From assembly GCF_001194135.2 (NCBI RefSeq), contig NC_068992.1, positions 27,151,447 to 27,215,446 of the forward strand: a DNA stretch of 64,000 bases, in the 5' to 3' direction. Shown in pieces: positions 25,651 to 40,110 of the stretch; the first letter of the stretch is position 1; every line of letters starts with the position of its first letter. Both the position numbers and the translations under genes were made by a program. Under the pieces are notes generated by a model. It was given only the letters and a program-made list of their open reading frames with translations. It made no database searches and was not told the origin of the DNA. The DNA comes from Octopus bimaculoides. Taxonomy: Eukaryota.

Positions 25651-26528
25651 TGTTTTTTGTTTTGATGCATTTCAGAATTTCATTCACATTTTTCATTTCC
25701 TGGTTCAATTTCCACCGATCAAATAATGTCGCTATCGTTCTCCTATAGCCTTGTCTTTATTCTATCGTAGATTGCCTTTTGTCCATCAGTCATGCCACCA
25801 TCAGTTTTATTGCCTTCTTCCAAACCATCTATATTTCTCTCATCGAGCAAGCTATCACTGTTCCTTTCCTGTGGTTTATTATGATTTCACCTCTGTTTAC
25901 TGCTTTGAGAGTACGTTTATCAGTAGGAACTGTATGTTAATCGTTTCCTCTGCTACTGTTTTCCAATGTCCGTCTCTTGATAGCTTCGATCTCTACCTAT
26001 TAATATTATTATTATAATTATCATTATTATCATCATTTTATTATTTAATGAACAATTAATGTCTACAAATTAATTAGACAATTATTACAATCTTGAAACT
26101 GCTCTACTTCTTTGCTATATGTATTTCATAGTAAATACATTAATATAACTACATTGATACTTCAAAGCAATATGTTTCTGCTAGAAATTATTCCAGAGAA
26201 GTAATATTATACGTAGAAAGTAGAAGGAACACATGTCATAACCATTTACCATCATTTTCACCTCTACCACCATCACCTGTACCATCACCACCACAATCAT
26301 TACTATCATCATGATTATCAATATCAACATCATAATTTTTTCTCCTAATACGCATCGCCATTTTCCTCATTATCATTACAATCAGTCTTCTATTTTAATT
26401 TGGTTTCTAAATCCTATACTGACAGAGCTTCGTTTTTAAATATGGCGGCCAATAATTGCTTTAATGTTCCACTTTACTCTTTCCTGTCATGGAAGGTACT
26501 TGAGTGAGATTACTAAAAGGAAGAAAGC

Positions 26529-26529
<1 letters not shown>

Positions 26530-26592
<63 letters not shown>

Positions 26593-26636
26593 AAGAAAGA
26601 AAGAAAGAAAGAGAGAAAGAAAGAAAGAAAGAAAGA
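26530..26636. repeat. (GA)n(GAAA)n microsatellite
   Basis: Direct reading. Confidence 0.95.
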
Positions 26637-27482
26637 ATATAACATCAGAATCAGAAATGGTCTTTTAAAGTATGTAACCATTGGAGACGGAGAAAGGAGC
26701 TCGAAGTAAAGTATTAAGTCAAATTGCCATGAAGTGGTGTATGAAGTTACAAAATAAAAGTAAAACTAAAAGTAAAAACTAAATAAACAACATTAAAATG
26801 GTAAGCACGCTCTCTGTCTGGTAATAGATTTGTTTCGTCATGTATGTAAGATTTTATTTTAGTTTCGAACTGATTTCCTCGTTCACTTTCGTTTGATCTA
26901 CCTTTTGATGAGGCTTACTTGATTTCTTGGACAATCCGAGTTATAAATTTTCTAATATTATTACTAGTTTTATGGACACTTCAATGAACGAATATTTTAC
27001 TTTATTACAACGTTTGAACTATCTATGTTCAACGGCTTGGCCACAGAATGTAATTCATTAGGACTAGCTAATCACTTATTGTTTTTGTCATCATTTTATG
27101 TCTCACCTTTCACTTAGCTGCAGTCTCTTACTTGTTTATCGACGCTGATACAGGCAGAACGTCGTAGCACAAGACTTTTGTTGCACTTGTTTTTAGATCT
27201 GTTGTTATGTGCTACTTTTGAGCCAGTTCAATTGACATTCATCTTGCCGCTAATGACTAGTTACTTACTTAGTGGGCAGGAGTTATTAGAATTACCTCAG
27301 TCGACAAAAGTTGTTGACTTGTTGCATCTTTAAATTGATCGCAGTTAATCATTAGATCTATATCTCGCTAACACTTTCCTTCGGCTAAACCCTTTAGCGA
27401 CAACGTTTGACTTCCACTATATATATGCGTATATATCTACCTATCTACATATCTATCTGGGTATGTGTGTGTGTGTGTAAAG

Positions 27483-27543
<61 letters not shown>

Positions 27544-27613
27544 TTTGAATATAAATGTTTGTTTCTGTGTGCGTATGTGTGTCTCTGCGTATATATATAC
27601 ATATATATAAAAC

Positions 27614-27660
<47 letters not shown>

Positions 27661-28202
27661 AGCTATGTATCCATATATATAGGCATATGTGAATATATAT
27701 ATATGTTCTTTTACTTTATTCAGTCATTTGACTGTAGCCATGCTGGAGCACCACCTTAAGGTGTTTTAGTCGAACAAATCGACCCCAGAAATATATATAT
27801 GCAGTAATACTTCAGTGTATGAGTTAATTTGTTCCTAGAGACAACTCGTAAAGCGAAAACTCTTAAACCAGAACGATAATATCCCATAGTAGCAATGTTA
27901 TAAATCGTAATTCGTTCCCAGAAAAATATTTCACCTATAAAATTTATAATACTTGTAAATAAATTGCAATAAAACAACAGCGGAATGTAAAAAATAATGT
28001 ATGTAAAGTAAAAAGAATATCGAGATCATTTATGATAAAATCTATAATTATCATAACCATTTTCTGAATCGCTTTCATTCGCACTAGACTCGTGCACACC
28101 ATCACTTGTAGACGCGATCGCCGATTCACAAGCACTTGTAGACGGACTTCTAGATTTAAAAAAAAAAAACAAGTTTAGAGTTCATTATTTATAACTTGAG
28201 AA

Positions 28203-28375
28203 CCGATGCTGGTACGTTTACGTCCCCGTAAAATTAGTGGTTCGGCAAAAGAGACCGATAGAATGAGTACTAGGCTTACAAAGAATAAGTTCTGGGGACG
28301 AGTTCTTCGACTATCATCCCTTAAGCTAGTGCTCGAGCATGTCCGCAGTCAAATGACTGTAAAAGAATAAAAGAA
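28203..28375 (+). mobile_element. SINE family A, 3' half
   Basis: TTTACGTCCCCGTAA..GGTTCGGCAAAAGAGACCGATAGAAT..CAGTCAAATGACTG tail. Confidence 0.85.
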
Positions 28376-28929
<554 letters not shown>

Positions 28930-29426
28930 AAGTTTAGAGTTGGTTGCGTAGAAGTTTTTTTTCGCTCGCAATAAATTTCTCGATAACACGCAAAAGTATT
29001 TCTTGTGGTAGTAGTAGCTTTTGTATTTCGTTCAATATTTGGATCTTGTGCTTGAAAAATGTATTATGAAATAAAACTCGAAAACTCCTCGTAAAATAAG
29101 GTATTGCAGTATGTGTATGTATGTATGTATGTATGTATGTATGTATGTATGTATGTATGTATGTATGTATGTATGCATGTATTGATATATATATATATAT
29201 ATTTATATATGTAGGTATGTATGTATGTTGGAGCGTAAATGTGTGTACAAATATGAAGGCTTGTAGTGCATACAGATTTTGTGAATTCCATCGAATTCTT
29301 TGATTTAACTTGCGTGAAGAATGACAAGGACCATATTTAGTAAAATACATGAAAATAGATGATCATGTGACGTTCTTTTTTATGAAGTCTCATGCAAACT
29401 TCCTGTATTCCTTTTAATACATTCTC

Positions 29427-29457
<31 letters not shown>

Positions 29458-29994
29458 GTGTGTGTGTGTGTGTGCGTGTGCGTGTGTGTGTGCGTGTGTG
29501 TGCATGCGTGTATTTGAGTAGCGTTAGGGGGGAAAATTGATCCATCCTTCGTCGCAAGAAATTCTTCTTCGCTAATAATCGATAGTGAACTTCATCATAC
29601 TGCATCATACTTTTGATGTTCTCTGCAATCAGCCAAATTTTATTCGTTTACTTCAAGAAGCGCTGCGGGTCGTACCTCTCAACATATGGTGCTTTTCTGA
29701 ATCGCTTTTAAATTATACTCAGAAAACGTTATCTATCAACAGACGCCATTGGTATTGCTTTCATAAACTCTATATTCTGAGAATTTCACACCTTAAGCTC
29801 GAGTACTTCACTGTAGAAGTATCACTGGTGTGTTTTCCAGCAAGTGGGAAATGTCTAGACAATATTCTGTTAATCACTAATCAAAAGTCTTTCAAAAGAT
29901 TGGCACGCAGTAAATGTAAACAAGTTGTATAGGAAAAAAATATTGAGGTAAAATTTATTCCCTTCTTTCATGCTGCCTTTCAATGTTTATCAGT

Positions 29995-30290
<296 letters not shown>

Positions 30291-30529
30291 TATCTTATGG
30301 GCGAAGGGTTATTTGGTAGTAGAAATCTGCATTCATTAAGAGGAAGACAACGTATAGGCCAAAGACCAGCAAAGAGAAGAGGAGTTGAATATGATGAAAG
30401 AGAAAGGAGAGAGAGAGAGGGGAGAGTAAAAAGAAAGAGAGATTCTTCTATGAATTAACGTTTGTGTAGTATATGTATATACCTGTATAAATGTTTACAT
30501 GTATATATGTTTCTGTTTCTGTTTTTCTT

Positions 30530-30893
30530 TTTGTTTTACTTCTTTTAGTTATTAGACTGCGGCCATACTAGAGCACTGCCTTAAAGAATTTTTAGTCGAA
30601 TGTATCGACCCAGCACTAACATTCTTTAACACTGGTACTTATTCCATAAGGCTCTTTTGCCGAATTGCTAAGTTACGGAGACATAAACATACCAACGCCG
30701 TCTGTCAAGCGGTGGTGGGGCCAAAGGATAGACACACACACACTGGAGCACTGCCTTTAGTCGAGCAAATCGACCCCAGAGCTTAGTCTTTGTAAGCCTA
30801 GTACTTATTCTATCGGTCTCTTTTGCCGAACCGCTAAGTTACGGGGACGTAAACACACCAACATCGGTTGTCAAGCGATGTTGGGGACAAACA

Positions 30894-30900
<7 letters not shown>
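30530..30900 (-). mobile_element. Two adjacent SINE family A 3' halves
   Basis: Both contain GAGCACTGCCTT..TAGTCGA..ATCGACCC..TCTTTTGCCGAA..GCTAAGTTACGG.GAC.TAAAC. Confidence 0.85.
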
Positions 30901-30930
<30 letters not shown>

Positions 30931-30951
30931 ACACACACATATATATATATA

Positions 30952-31664
30952 TAGTTTTAGGGAAAAGAACCAAGGTTCATGAACTCATCGTTTTACTTTG
31001 TTTTACTTTGTTTATATCATCGTTTGAAAGAAAAAGGGATTCTTGTATTTTTTTATTATTCAATTAATTTTTAATAATAATTAAATTAACGTTTTTAGTC
31101 TTAAATAGTCTAGCTTTAACTATTTCATCGTTTAAATATGGGCTAATATTATCTTTATTATTATTTTAACCTTAAACTTCGTTCAAATTGTATTTAAAAC
31201 GATAAAAATTTATTTAAGCTGTTTTTTGTATATGATATACCTGTTAGCATATATTATAATGGATGTAGGATTGATTATGGAATGTTTATTAGTTTGATAT
31301 TTCTAATAATATTTTTCTATCTTTATACAATAAGTATTTTATATAAATTCATTTGGTACTTATTGTTGGTTGATATATACATTTATTTATTATTATTATT
31401 GTTGTATTTTGACCTGAAGATTAGCTGTATTTTGAATAGAATTGATTTTCGATAATTTTCATCGATTTTAATCGATTTAAATTTCCTTTCTGTTTGAAAA
31501 TTAGTTATGAAACACGTGTAGTCATTTTATTATCTTTATCTTATGATATTTATTTTGTATTATATTATACTCATTTATTGTGCTTTTAATTATTAATTGT
31601 TCTATATGTGACAGTGGATTTTCATCGATGAGTTCATGAACCTTGGTTCTTTTCCCTAAAACTA
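30952..31664. mobile_element. MITE-like element with perfect 39-bp terminal inverted repeats
   Basis: TAGTTTTAGGGAAAAGAACCAAGGTTCATGAACTCATCG at 30952-30990 and its exact reverse complement at 31626-31664. The interior is very AT-rich, and both ends sit in (TA)n. Confidence 0.85.
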
Positions 31665-31793
31665 TATATTTATATATATATTACTCTGTGAAACTTAATT
31701 TAATTTTAATTTTTAATAACTTGAGTTTAATTGAGTTTTTACCTGTAATTTTAGATTTTATCCCTAATATTATTATAATAAATAATAATAATA

Positions 31794-31854
<61 letters not shown>

Positions 31855-32004
31855 CGCCATTTCTGCACCTTGATTGGGAATCATTACAATTTGTCCGTTA
31901 CTCTTCCATTTTATCTTGTTCTCCGTCTACCTATATTCTGTTCTACTTCCACTTTCCTCCCCTTTTCTCTTTCACCTTTCATTTTTGACGCCACCAATAA
32001 GACC

Positions 32005-32143
32005 TTTTCCGTTTCTGTCTACCAAATCCACTCAAGGTTTTGGTCGGTCCGATGAGTAGGCGACACTTACCCAAGGTTCCACGATGAGAGGCTGAACTCG
32101 GAACCATGTGGCTGAGAAGCAAGCTACTTATCACACGGCCACG
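32005..32143 (-). mobile_element. SINE family A 5' head and core
   Basis: The reverse complement reads CGTGGCCGTGTGATAAGTAGCTTGCTTCTCAGCCACATGGTTCCGAGTTCAG... and probably pairs with the tail at 30738-30900. Confidence 0.75.
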
Positions 32144-32767
32144 TGTTTATTTTAAATATACACAATTATTGTGTATATAAACATATATTTTCATATAAAA
32201 ATAGGACCCAATAAATATAAATATTTGTCAGTTCTATAAAATATGCCTGTTTACGCTCTATTTTAATAGCAATCAACGAGTAACCAAATAAACATTAACT
32301 GATTAAGTATTGTCCATGATGCAACATAGATGTCGGGACATGTTCAATGCAAACGTTCATAAAACGTGTTTGTATTCTGTAGGCACAATGTGAATCGTTT
32401 AACTAAACTGGGAAAATAACCGATAAGTTTCGGTAATTATGTAAAACTACTGATTGGATTGCGTTTAGAAACACAGAACTATTACCAGAATAAAAGGCAA
32501 AGTGAAGCAATTAGTTAATGAAATCTGATTGATATTTGATGTCATCGTTCGTATATATTATTCTGGCTCTTGTTTAATTCTTTCTTAGTTGTGACAATTC
32601 CATCCTTTCCAGGCATTATCTATTTTCCTTAAAGACATGATTTGGGAGAAGATTTGATTGCTTTTTAGTAGCTTTAGTGATCGTATGGAAGCTTCTTTGT
32701 TGTCATTGTTTAGTTCCAGACATGTTCATCAAACATGTCCATGATCAAAGCTGTCCGGCTGTGAGCA

Positions 32768-32931
32768 TTCTCTTTTATTTACTCTTTTATTTGTTTGTCA
32801 TTTGACTGCGGCCATGCTGGAGCACCGTCTTTAGTCGAGCAAATCGACCCCAGGACTTATTCTTTGTAAGCGTAGTACTTATTCTATCGGTCGTTTTGCT
32901 GAACCGCTAAGTTACGGGGACGTAAACACAG

Positions 32932-33002
<71 letters not shown>

Positions 33003-33026
33003 NNNNNNNNNNNNNNNNNNNNNNNN

Positions 33027-33099
<73 letters not shown>

Positions 33100-33265
33100 T
33101 ACGACAGACTTTTTTTCAGTTTCCGTCTACCAAATCCACTCACAAGGCTTTGGTCGGCCAGAGGCTATAGTAGAAGACACTTGCCCAAGGTGCCACGCAG
33201 TGGGACTGAACCCGGAACCATGTGGTTGGTAAGCAAGCTACTTACCACACAGCCACTCCGGCGCC
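32768..33265 (-). mobile_element. Near full-length SINE family A
   Basis: tRNA-like head (GGAGTGGCTGTGTGGTAAG...GGGTTCAGTCCC), core, internal (TA)n(TG)n with a small gap at 33003-33026, and tail. Confidence 0.9.
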
Positions 33266-33926
33266 ATCTATTTTCCAACAGTATAGACATCCAGGACAAC
33301 ATTATCTGAGCCCTTCCTAATGTTTTAAGCTTTGGTTTGAAGGGTGTTTGGCAAATGCTCCCAGAAAATCAAGCGACCACATTATCTCGTCCTTATTTTC
33401 TTTTCATGATGTCAATGATAATGTTTTAGTTGGCACCGCCATGCATATCCTTGAAAAACACGTGTACTATTAGCCAATGTAAGACACCAGACCTATACTG
33501 ATAATATATGTTATATTTTCCTACTCGAAAGAACACATAATTGAAACGTCGGGATAGAGATAGAGTTCTCACTTGGGCCTATCCTTATAATTTCCTACAC
33601 ACAGTAAGGTTAATGTCTAGAAACAGAAGTCAGTAACAAAATTCTCTTTAAATTTTAAGGAATGCAACATGTAATACAACTATGCAACTAAATAAGGCTC
33701 AGAATGATAAGGAAATCTGATACCAGAATGTATATATACTAAATATTAAGAAGGGAATATGTAGAAGGGAATATAACAATGTAACTGATGATTACAAATG
33801 AGTACAGTCATAAAAAACATTGGGAAAGAGTGCATGGACGTCAAAATGATTCCCGAAAGAAAAGGAATTGAACTTCAGGACAAGATAATGAACTGAAACG
33901 CAGAAAGGAAAGGTTTTTAAACATGT

Positions 33927-34150
33927 GCAGGCGTGGCTGTGTGGTAAGAAACTTGCTTCTCAGTCACGTGGTTTTGGGTTCAGTCCCACTGCGTGGCACC
34001 TTGGGTAAGTGTCTTCTACTATTAGCTTCGAGCCGACCAAAGCATTGTGTGTGAATTTAGTATATGGAAACTGAAAGAAGCCCGTCGTATACATATATAC
34101 CTACAAGTGTGTGTCATTGTGTTTATGCTTGTACCCCGCCACCGTTTGAC
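33927..34150 (+). mobile_element. SINE family A 5' half
   Basis: GCAGGCGTGGCTGTGTGGTAAGAAACTTGCTT...GGAAACTGAAAGAAGCCCGTCG. Confidence 0.85.
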
Positions 34151-34249
34151 AATCGTTCGATGGCGTCCAACGTAAATGGATCCCTCGAGGTTATAATTGC
34201 GAACTGCATGTACTTCAGTTTTGGAAAGAGATTTTGAGGATATTTCAAC

Positions 34250-35655
34250 AAAATATTGGTTTCAAATGTTGGTAAAATGCTAGCATTTTCGGGGAAGAGG
34301 TTACGTCAGTTACATCGACCCCAGTGCTCAACTGGTACTTACTTTATCGAGCCTGAAAGGGGTGAAAAGCAAAGTCGACCTCGGCAGAATTTGCACTCAG
34401 AACATGCAGACGGACAAAATTCCGCTTGGCGTGCTAAGGATTTTTTTCTACTCTAGGCACAAGGCCGAAATTTTGTGGGAGGGGCTAGTCGATTAGAGCG
34501 ACCCTAGTACACAATTGGTACTTAATTCATCGACACCGAAAGGATGAAGGGTAAAGTCGACCTCGGCGGAATTTAAACTCAAAGAGTAAAGACAGACGAA
34601 ATACTGCTAAGCATTTCGCCCGGCGCGTTAAGGATTCTGCCAGATCGCCGCCTTCATGTCAGCGAAAATATTGAATGTTAGTACTACGTCTTATTATATA
34701 ATGAGGGAAACATCAAGATTAGAACACTCGTCTCGCTATATTAGCAGATAATAACAGTACTACCCCCAACAAAGTAATGCAAGCAAAATTTAAGACGATC
34801 ACATTATGCGGAGCATACAAGAAACAAATACATCTCATATTATATTTAAGTTACACAGTAGACGAAAAACTAATATAATAACAGAAAATTGCATTCAAAT
34901 ACTGCAAAAAATCTAACACTGATGTAATACAAGCGTAAGTTTGATTCTCAGAAGACTATGCTGTTTACACCTCAGGAACACAGAAATACAACTTGTAGTA
35001 ATGTTAAAACATGAAAAATTATGGTTTCTAATTAAGGCACAACCCAGCAACTTTGAGGTGATGGAGAGTAGTTGATTATATCGAATTCAGCAGGCGACTG
35101 GTACTTTATTTTGGGGACCACTGAAAAGATGAAATAGAAAGTTGAGCCTAGCGTGATCTGAATGTAAAGGGTCAAAATATATACTGCAATGCATTTTTGT
35201 CTGACGCTGTAAAAATTCCGGTTCTGTACCGCCTTAAATGTATAACTAATAATAATAATGGTCTTAAATTTCAGGGGAGGAGTAAGCCGGTTACAACGAC
35301 CCTAACGCTCAACTGGCACTTGTTTTATGAATCCGGAAGGACAAAAGCGAAAGCATTTTCCCGGTGTCCTAACGATTCTGCCAGCTCACCGCCTTACTTC
35401 TACTACGACTATTATTATTATTAATAATAATAATAATAATACTTTCTGCTGGAAGCACAAGGCCTCAAATTTAGCGGAAGGGGTTAAGTCGATTAAATCT
35501 ACCCCAGTGCGTAACTGGTACTTATTTAATCGACCCCGAAAAGATAAAAGACAAAGTCGACCCCGGCGGATATTGAACACAGAACGTATCAGCAGACGAA
35601 ATACCGCTAAGCATTTCGTCCGGCGTACTAACGATTCTGCCAGCTCGCCGTCTTA
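34250..35655 (+). mobile_element. Cluster of five same-orientation family B SINE-like units
   Basis: Units at ~34250-34440, 34450-34655, 35030-35200, 35255-35395 and 35440-35655 share CCCCAGT..AACTGGTACTT..TT.ATCGAC.CCGAAAG..GAAAG.CAAAGTCGACC.CGGC.GAATT (partly deleted in some). Confidence 0.8.
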
Positions 35656-36428
35656 GTACTACTACTACAACTAATGATAATAATAATAGTAACTTTATAA
35701 AAAGGCCTCGGAGCGGCGATGCATACCCTGCGTGCAGATTAATTTTTTCACAAATTACAGTGTGGCTTACAATGCGTTACTTACCCATGCCTTTTAACTG
35801 AACTGAAGTAATTTTTTTTCTTTTTTTAGGTATCACCATTATAGATATTTATACTCCAGTGAAATTAAGAAATCAACTTGTAAATAAACGAAACCCTCGA
35901 ATCCATCACAGAACACACGCACGCGTGCGCACGCTCACCCACAGTCGCTTATCTATGTATGCATGTACCCACACACGTCTACACGTATAAGTACACCATG
36001 ATCTATACACACGCAGATGAGGGTCAATTCATATGAAAAAGAAAGTGAACAAAATGAAATACTTATAGAAAATAGTGCATAGAATTTGAGAAGTGTTTCA
36101 CTATTATAGGTATTTATACTCCGGTGAAGCAGAATCCATCACTGTACACACACACAGATTCGCATATCTATGTATGTATGTTTGAAGAAAATCACACCAA
36201 ATTTTCATTTCGAACGAATGAGAATTTCTTCCAAATTTGGCGAAAATCCATTCGGCTGTTTTCCAGTAATTTTGCAAATACACAGACAAACATGAGTGAT
36301 TACAATACCAGGCTTTCGCGTACGCGATCAGGGTAATAATAATGAGATTCTACTATGGTTCAACACGTGTGCCACTTTACTATGAAACGAAACATGCGTA
36401 ATTTGCATAATATTTATTAAATACAACT

Positions 36429-36805
36429 TGTTGTTGTAGGCACTCCGTCGCTTACGACGTCGAGGGTTCCAGTTGATCCGATCAACGGAACAGCCTGCTC
36501 GTGAAATTAACGTGCAAGTGGCTGAGCACTCCACAGACACGTGTACCCTCAACGTAGTTCTCGGGGATATTCAGCGTGACAAGGCTGACTCTTTGAATTA
36601 CAGGCACAACAGAAACAGGAAGTAAGAGTGAGAAAGTTGTAGCGAAAGAGTACAGCAGGGTTCGCCACCATCCCCTGCCGGAGCCTCGTGGAGCTTTTAG
36701 GTGTTTTCGCTCAATAAACACTCACAACGCCCGGTCTGGGAATCGAAACTGCGATCCTATGATCGCGAGTCCGCTGCCCTAACCACTGGGCCATTGCGCC
36801 TCCAC
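36429..36805 (-). mobile_element. tRNA-derived SINE family C, full length
   Basis: Head GGCGCAATGGCCCAGTGGTTAGGG...GTTTCGATTCCC; tail GATCAACTGGAACCCTCG.CGTCGTAA.CGACGGAGTGCC+(AAC)n. Related copies are at 44290, 48374 and 52085. Confidence 0.9.
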
Positions 36806-37499
36806 AAATACAAGTAACTTACAAATAAATATCTTAAAATAAGTCTGCTATATAATTTACTGCTACAGCGGTTATTGTACTACGTTCACAAGGCTGTGGG
36901 TTCAAAACCAGCAATATGCATTTTTCTCTAATATGAAAAAAAGTATGTTTTACAATGTATCAAGATATTTCAAAATTTTATCAACGATGTTGAACCGTTT
37001 CAGAATTTTAGATATAACGTCTTCGATTTCATTCTGTATGCTTTAAATTGCTTTAAAATGTTTGCCATATAATTATCCTTTCAACATATTGTCAAGAATT
37101 TTAATAACAATGGGAAAATAAAGAGAGGTGGAGCAGTATTTTATCTGCACAATTGTACGTTTCTCTTTCCAAAAACACATTCACTTCCTGATGTAAAAGT
37201 AAAAATAACACATAACAATACTCACATTTAAAGGAGGCCACAAGTACCTCCCAAAGAATATAGTTTCTAAAGCTCTCCTCTCCTAAGGCTACACTTTCAC
37301 TCCTACTTATGTGTAATTTATATCGTTTTCAAGAATCAAAAGCTTCAAAAAATCTGAATTTCAAAAGAAAGCATGTATTTCATTCTTTCCCTTAAACTTC
37401 TAATAATCTTAGTTTTAAAACATCCGTGGAATTTCCACGGCTACTGTTTAATATTGTAATTATATTAATATATTTATGTCTAGTATTCTATAGGTAATT

Positions 37500-37880
37500 A
37501 TTCTTTGTACATCCATACAGTCACCCATTATCGCAGCCCATTATTGGGTCGTGGTGGTTGATTCCTCAGACATCTCCTCCATAGGGTTCTATCAGAAACA
37601 ACCTTCATTACACTTTCCGGTTGGATTCCCAAGCATGACCAAATGAGACTATGGATATTATCCAACCATCTCGTTTTTGGTCTCTCCTGCCAGTTAGCTC
37701 GTCATGAAGAATCCGTCTTGCGATTCTTTCCAGTAACATTTTAATCACATGTCCGTGGTACCTGAGGTGCAGCGACTTGAAACGGAGAAGTATCGGATGG
37801 ACCTAGAAAGACTCCCTGTTCTCCGAGTGACACATCCTGTCTTATACAGATAATCTCTATACAGATAATCCTCAAATCGT
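37500..37880 (-). mobile_element. RTE-type LINE 3' end fragment
   Basis: Minus strand reads LHLRYHGHVIKM...RPKTRWLDNIHSLIWSCLGIQPE...DRTLWRRCL. Confidence 0.75.
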
Positions 37881-38863
37881 CTGAGAGTACAAATACATAT
37901 TAGTGTCTTTATTTGTATCATTATAAAAATATCTAAACAGATTTCTTATCGTTGTTACAGCTGTTCAGTGCTCGTATCCTTCTCGGAATTCAGTGACAAT
38001 ATGTAAAAGATCTGACACCGCTTTCATTCATTTTTGAATGAGCCACCGTTTAAAATTTTCTATTCTTTCCATTTAATTTGACAGAAATCACAATTTCTTT
38101 TGTTGTTCTTATTGTTTTGCCTGCTTTCGCAGTAGCTGTTGCATTTATAGCCTTTATTTTGAACAATCTTTATTATTTGACTCTGCACAATGTGAAATAA
38201 CCTTTGGCTGTTCAGTAATTGCAAAATTTAATGATAAAAAAAATACTCGAGCTTCAACAATCATGCCTGTCTATTTTATAGGCAATTTAACAGATATTTC
38301 TGATTCTTATGGGAAATTTCAGAGTGTTCAATGGCTCCCAAACATGCTGAACGCTAGTATTAGAGTTTGTAACTATTGTCTCTCTTTCAGCTATGGCAGT
38401 CGTAAGCACAGTTATGTAAGAGATAAGGTTGATGTATTGAGGCATATTACAACGGAATGCCATGCTGTGGTGATATTTTGTGTATTTCACCAAAATTCGG
38501 TGCATTATAGTAATTGTTGTTTAGTCTCAAGTAAATCCTGATTGAACAGGCTCTTGATCGAGTGTGCTTCAACCATGGCCACGCCGTCGATTTTAGACAC
38601 AGTCTAAGTAAAACTCCGTGATTTAGTTTTTTTCCTATTTCACACACCCACACAAACACACACACACACAAATGCATCTATTCTACTTTACCAAATCAGA
38701 GTCATCTTTACACCCACATACATTCATACATCCGCAATCAACAAACTTCTTACAACACATCTTTCCTTCCTCACACTTACACAGATTTCCCCAGATAATC
38801 ACATCTTAACATCTGGTCATAGTTCACCATTTCACTCCGCCCTTCATTATTTTTCTATAACCT

Positions 38864-38905
<42 letters not shown>

Positions 38906-39795
38906 TCTCTCTCTCTCACTCCCTCTCTCTCTCCTCCCCCTTACTCTTTTCCTCTATCTCTATCTTTGTTTCATACCATAAATTCATAAAAACCTCTCCT
39001 CCAGCCATCGTTTATTGTCCATCCCAAATGACCCTTGATACTGAAATTTTAGTCTCATAAATAACAAGTGAGCAGTTATTAGTGGTAATGGCTAGCGGAG
39101 AAATGCTTTTCAATAAAAGTTACCAATCTAGATTTTATGGCTGACCAAACAGACACTTTAATTTTTTTTTTTACTTACGCTAATTTCGTTGATTCCATTG
39201 TTTCATTGAGCCACGCCTACCATTCCTGCCGCATTGTACACGCACACCTACATTGTACACGCACACACGCGCGCGCGCTTACACATACATCACACAACAC
39301 ACATGCTTATAGACACACATTCACTAAAACACATTCATATAAGCAGCTATACAAGCATATACATTTATACGCACGTATACGTATACACAGCAGTTAACCA
39401 ACATCCCAAATTCATCCCTATTTTCATCACATACTGCCACAAATATACACACACTTGTACCTAAACCCCAGCCCCACCCCCAACCCAATAAACTAAATCT
39501 CAATAAATAAAATAAAAAATTCAAAGCTTAGACAGGCCGACAATATTCTGACTCATTTCACATACAAATATCCTGTTTAAAACCTATCTGATATATTTCC
39601 TTTATTCTTGCATACCTCTGTTAATCCAAAGATTTCCTTACCGGTATCTGAGAATACCCACAATGCATTTCAGTCAAAAAATAGCTATTTCATATCTTCT
39701 TGCATTGCCTTCTCTTTTTCTCTTCAAGTTAGTAGCATTATGTACGACCCAGCTATCGATCAGACATACAAACACAAATTGGGTTAAACTGTTAT

Positions 39796-39844
<49 letters not shown>

Positions 39845-39880
39845 GGATGGATGGATGGATAGATGACTGGATGGATGGAT

Positions 39881-40035
39881 GCGCAGGCGTGGGTATGTGG
39901 TAAGAAGCTAGTTTCCCAAACACATGGGTTCTATCCCACCGTGTGGTACCTTCGTCAAGTGTCTTCTACTACAGCCTCGAACCGACCAAAACCTTCTGAG
40001 TGGATTTGGTTGGCGGAAACTAAAAGAAACCCGTC

Positions 40036-40085
<50 letters not shown>

Positions 40086-40110
40086 GACGGAAACTAAAAG
40101 AAACCCGTCG
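39881..40110 (+). mobile_element. SINE family A 5' half
   Basis: GCGCAGGCGTGGGTATGTGGTAAGAAGCT...GGCGGAAACTAAAAGAAACCCGTCG, with a short duplication of the core end after (TA)n. Confidence 0.8.

Larger units (their letters stand above)
23830..26000 (-). mobile_element. R4/Dong-clade retrotransposon remnant, interrupted by a Penelope fragment
   Basis: N-terminal region at 25660-26000 (VEIEAIKRR...DRWKLNQEMKNVNEILKCI). RT at 24676-25050 (IRRGIFQGD, NHLLFKDDLK, FGLKKC). Downstream are YKYLG, HPKSDTDRLY and a CCHC finger (CRICEPNGEIV*HI) near 23900. Confidence 0.9.

Noticed and set aside
29520-29932. 115-aa plus-strand ORF and a semi-open minus frame
   Set aside because: No recognisable motif; the length is within chance expectation.
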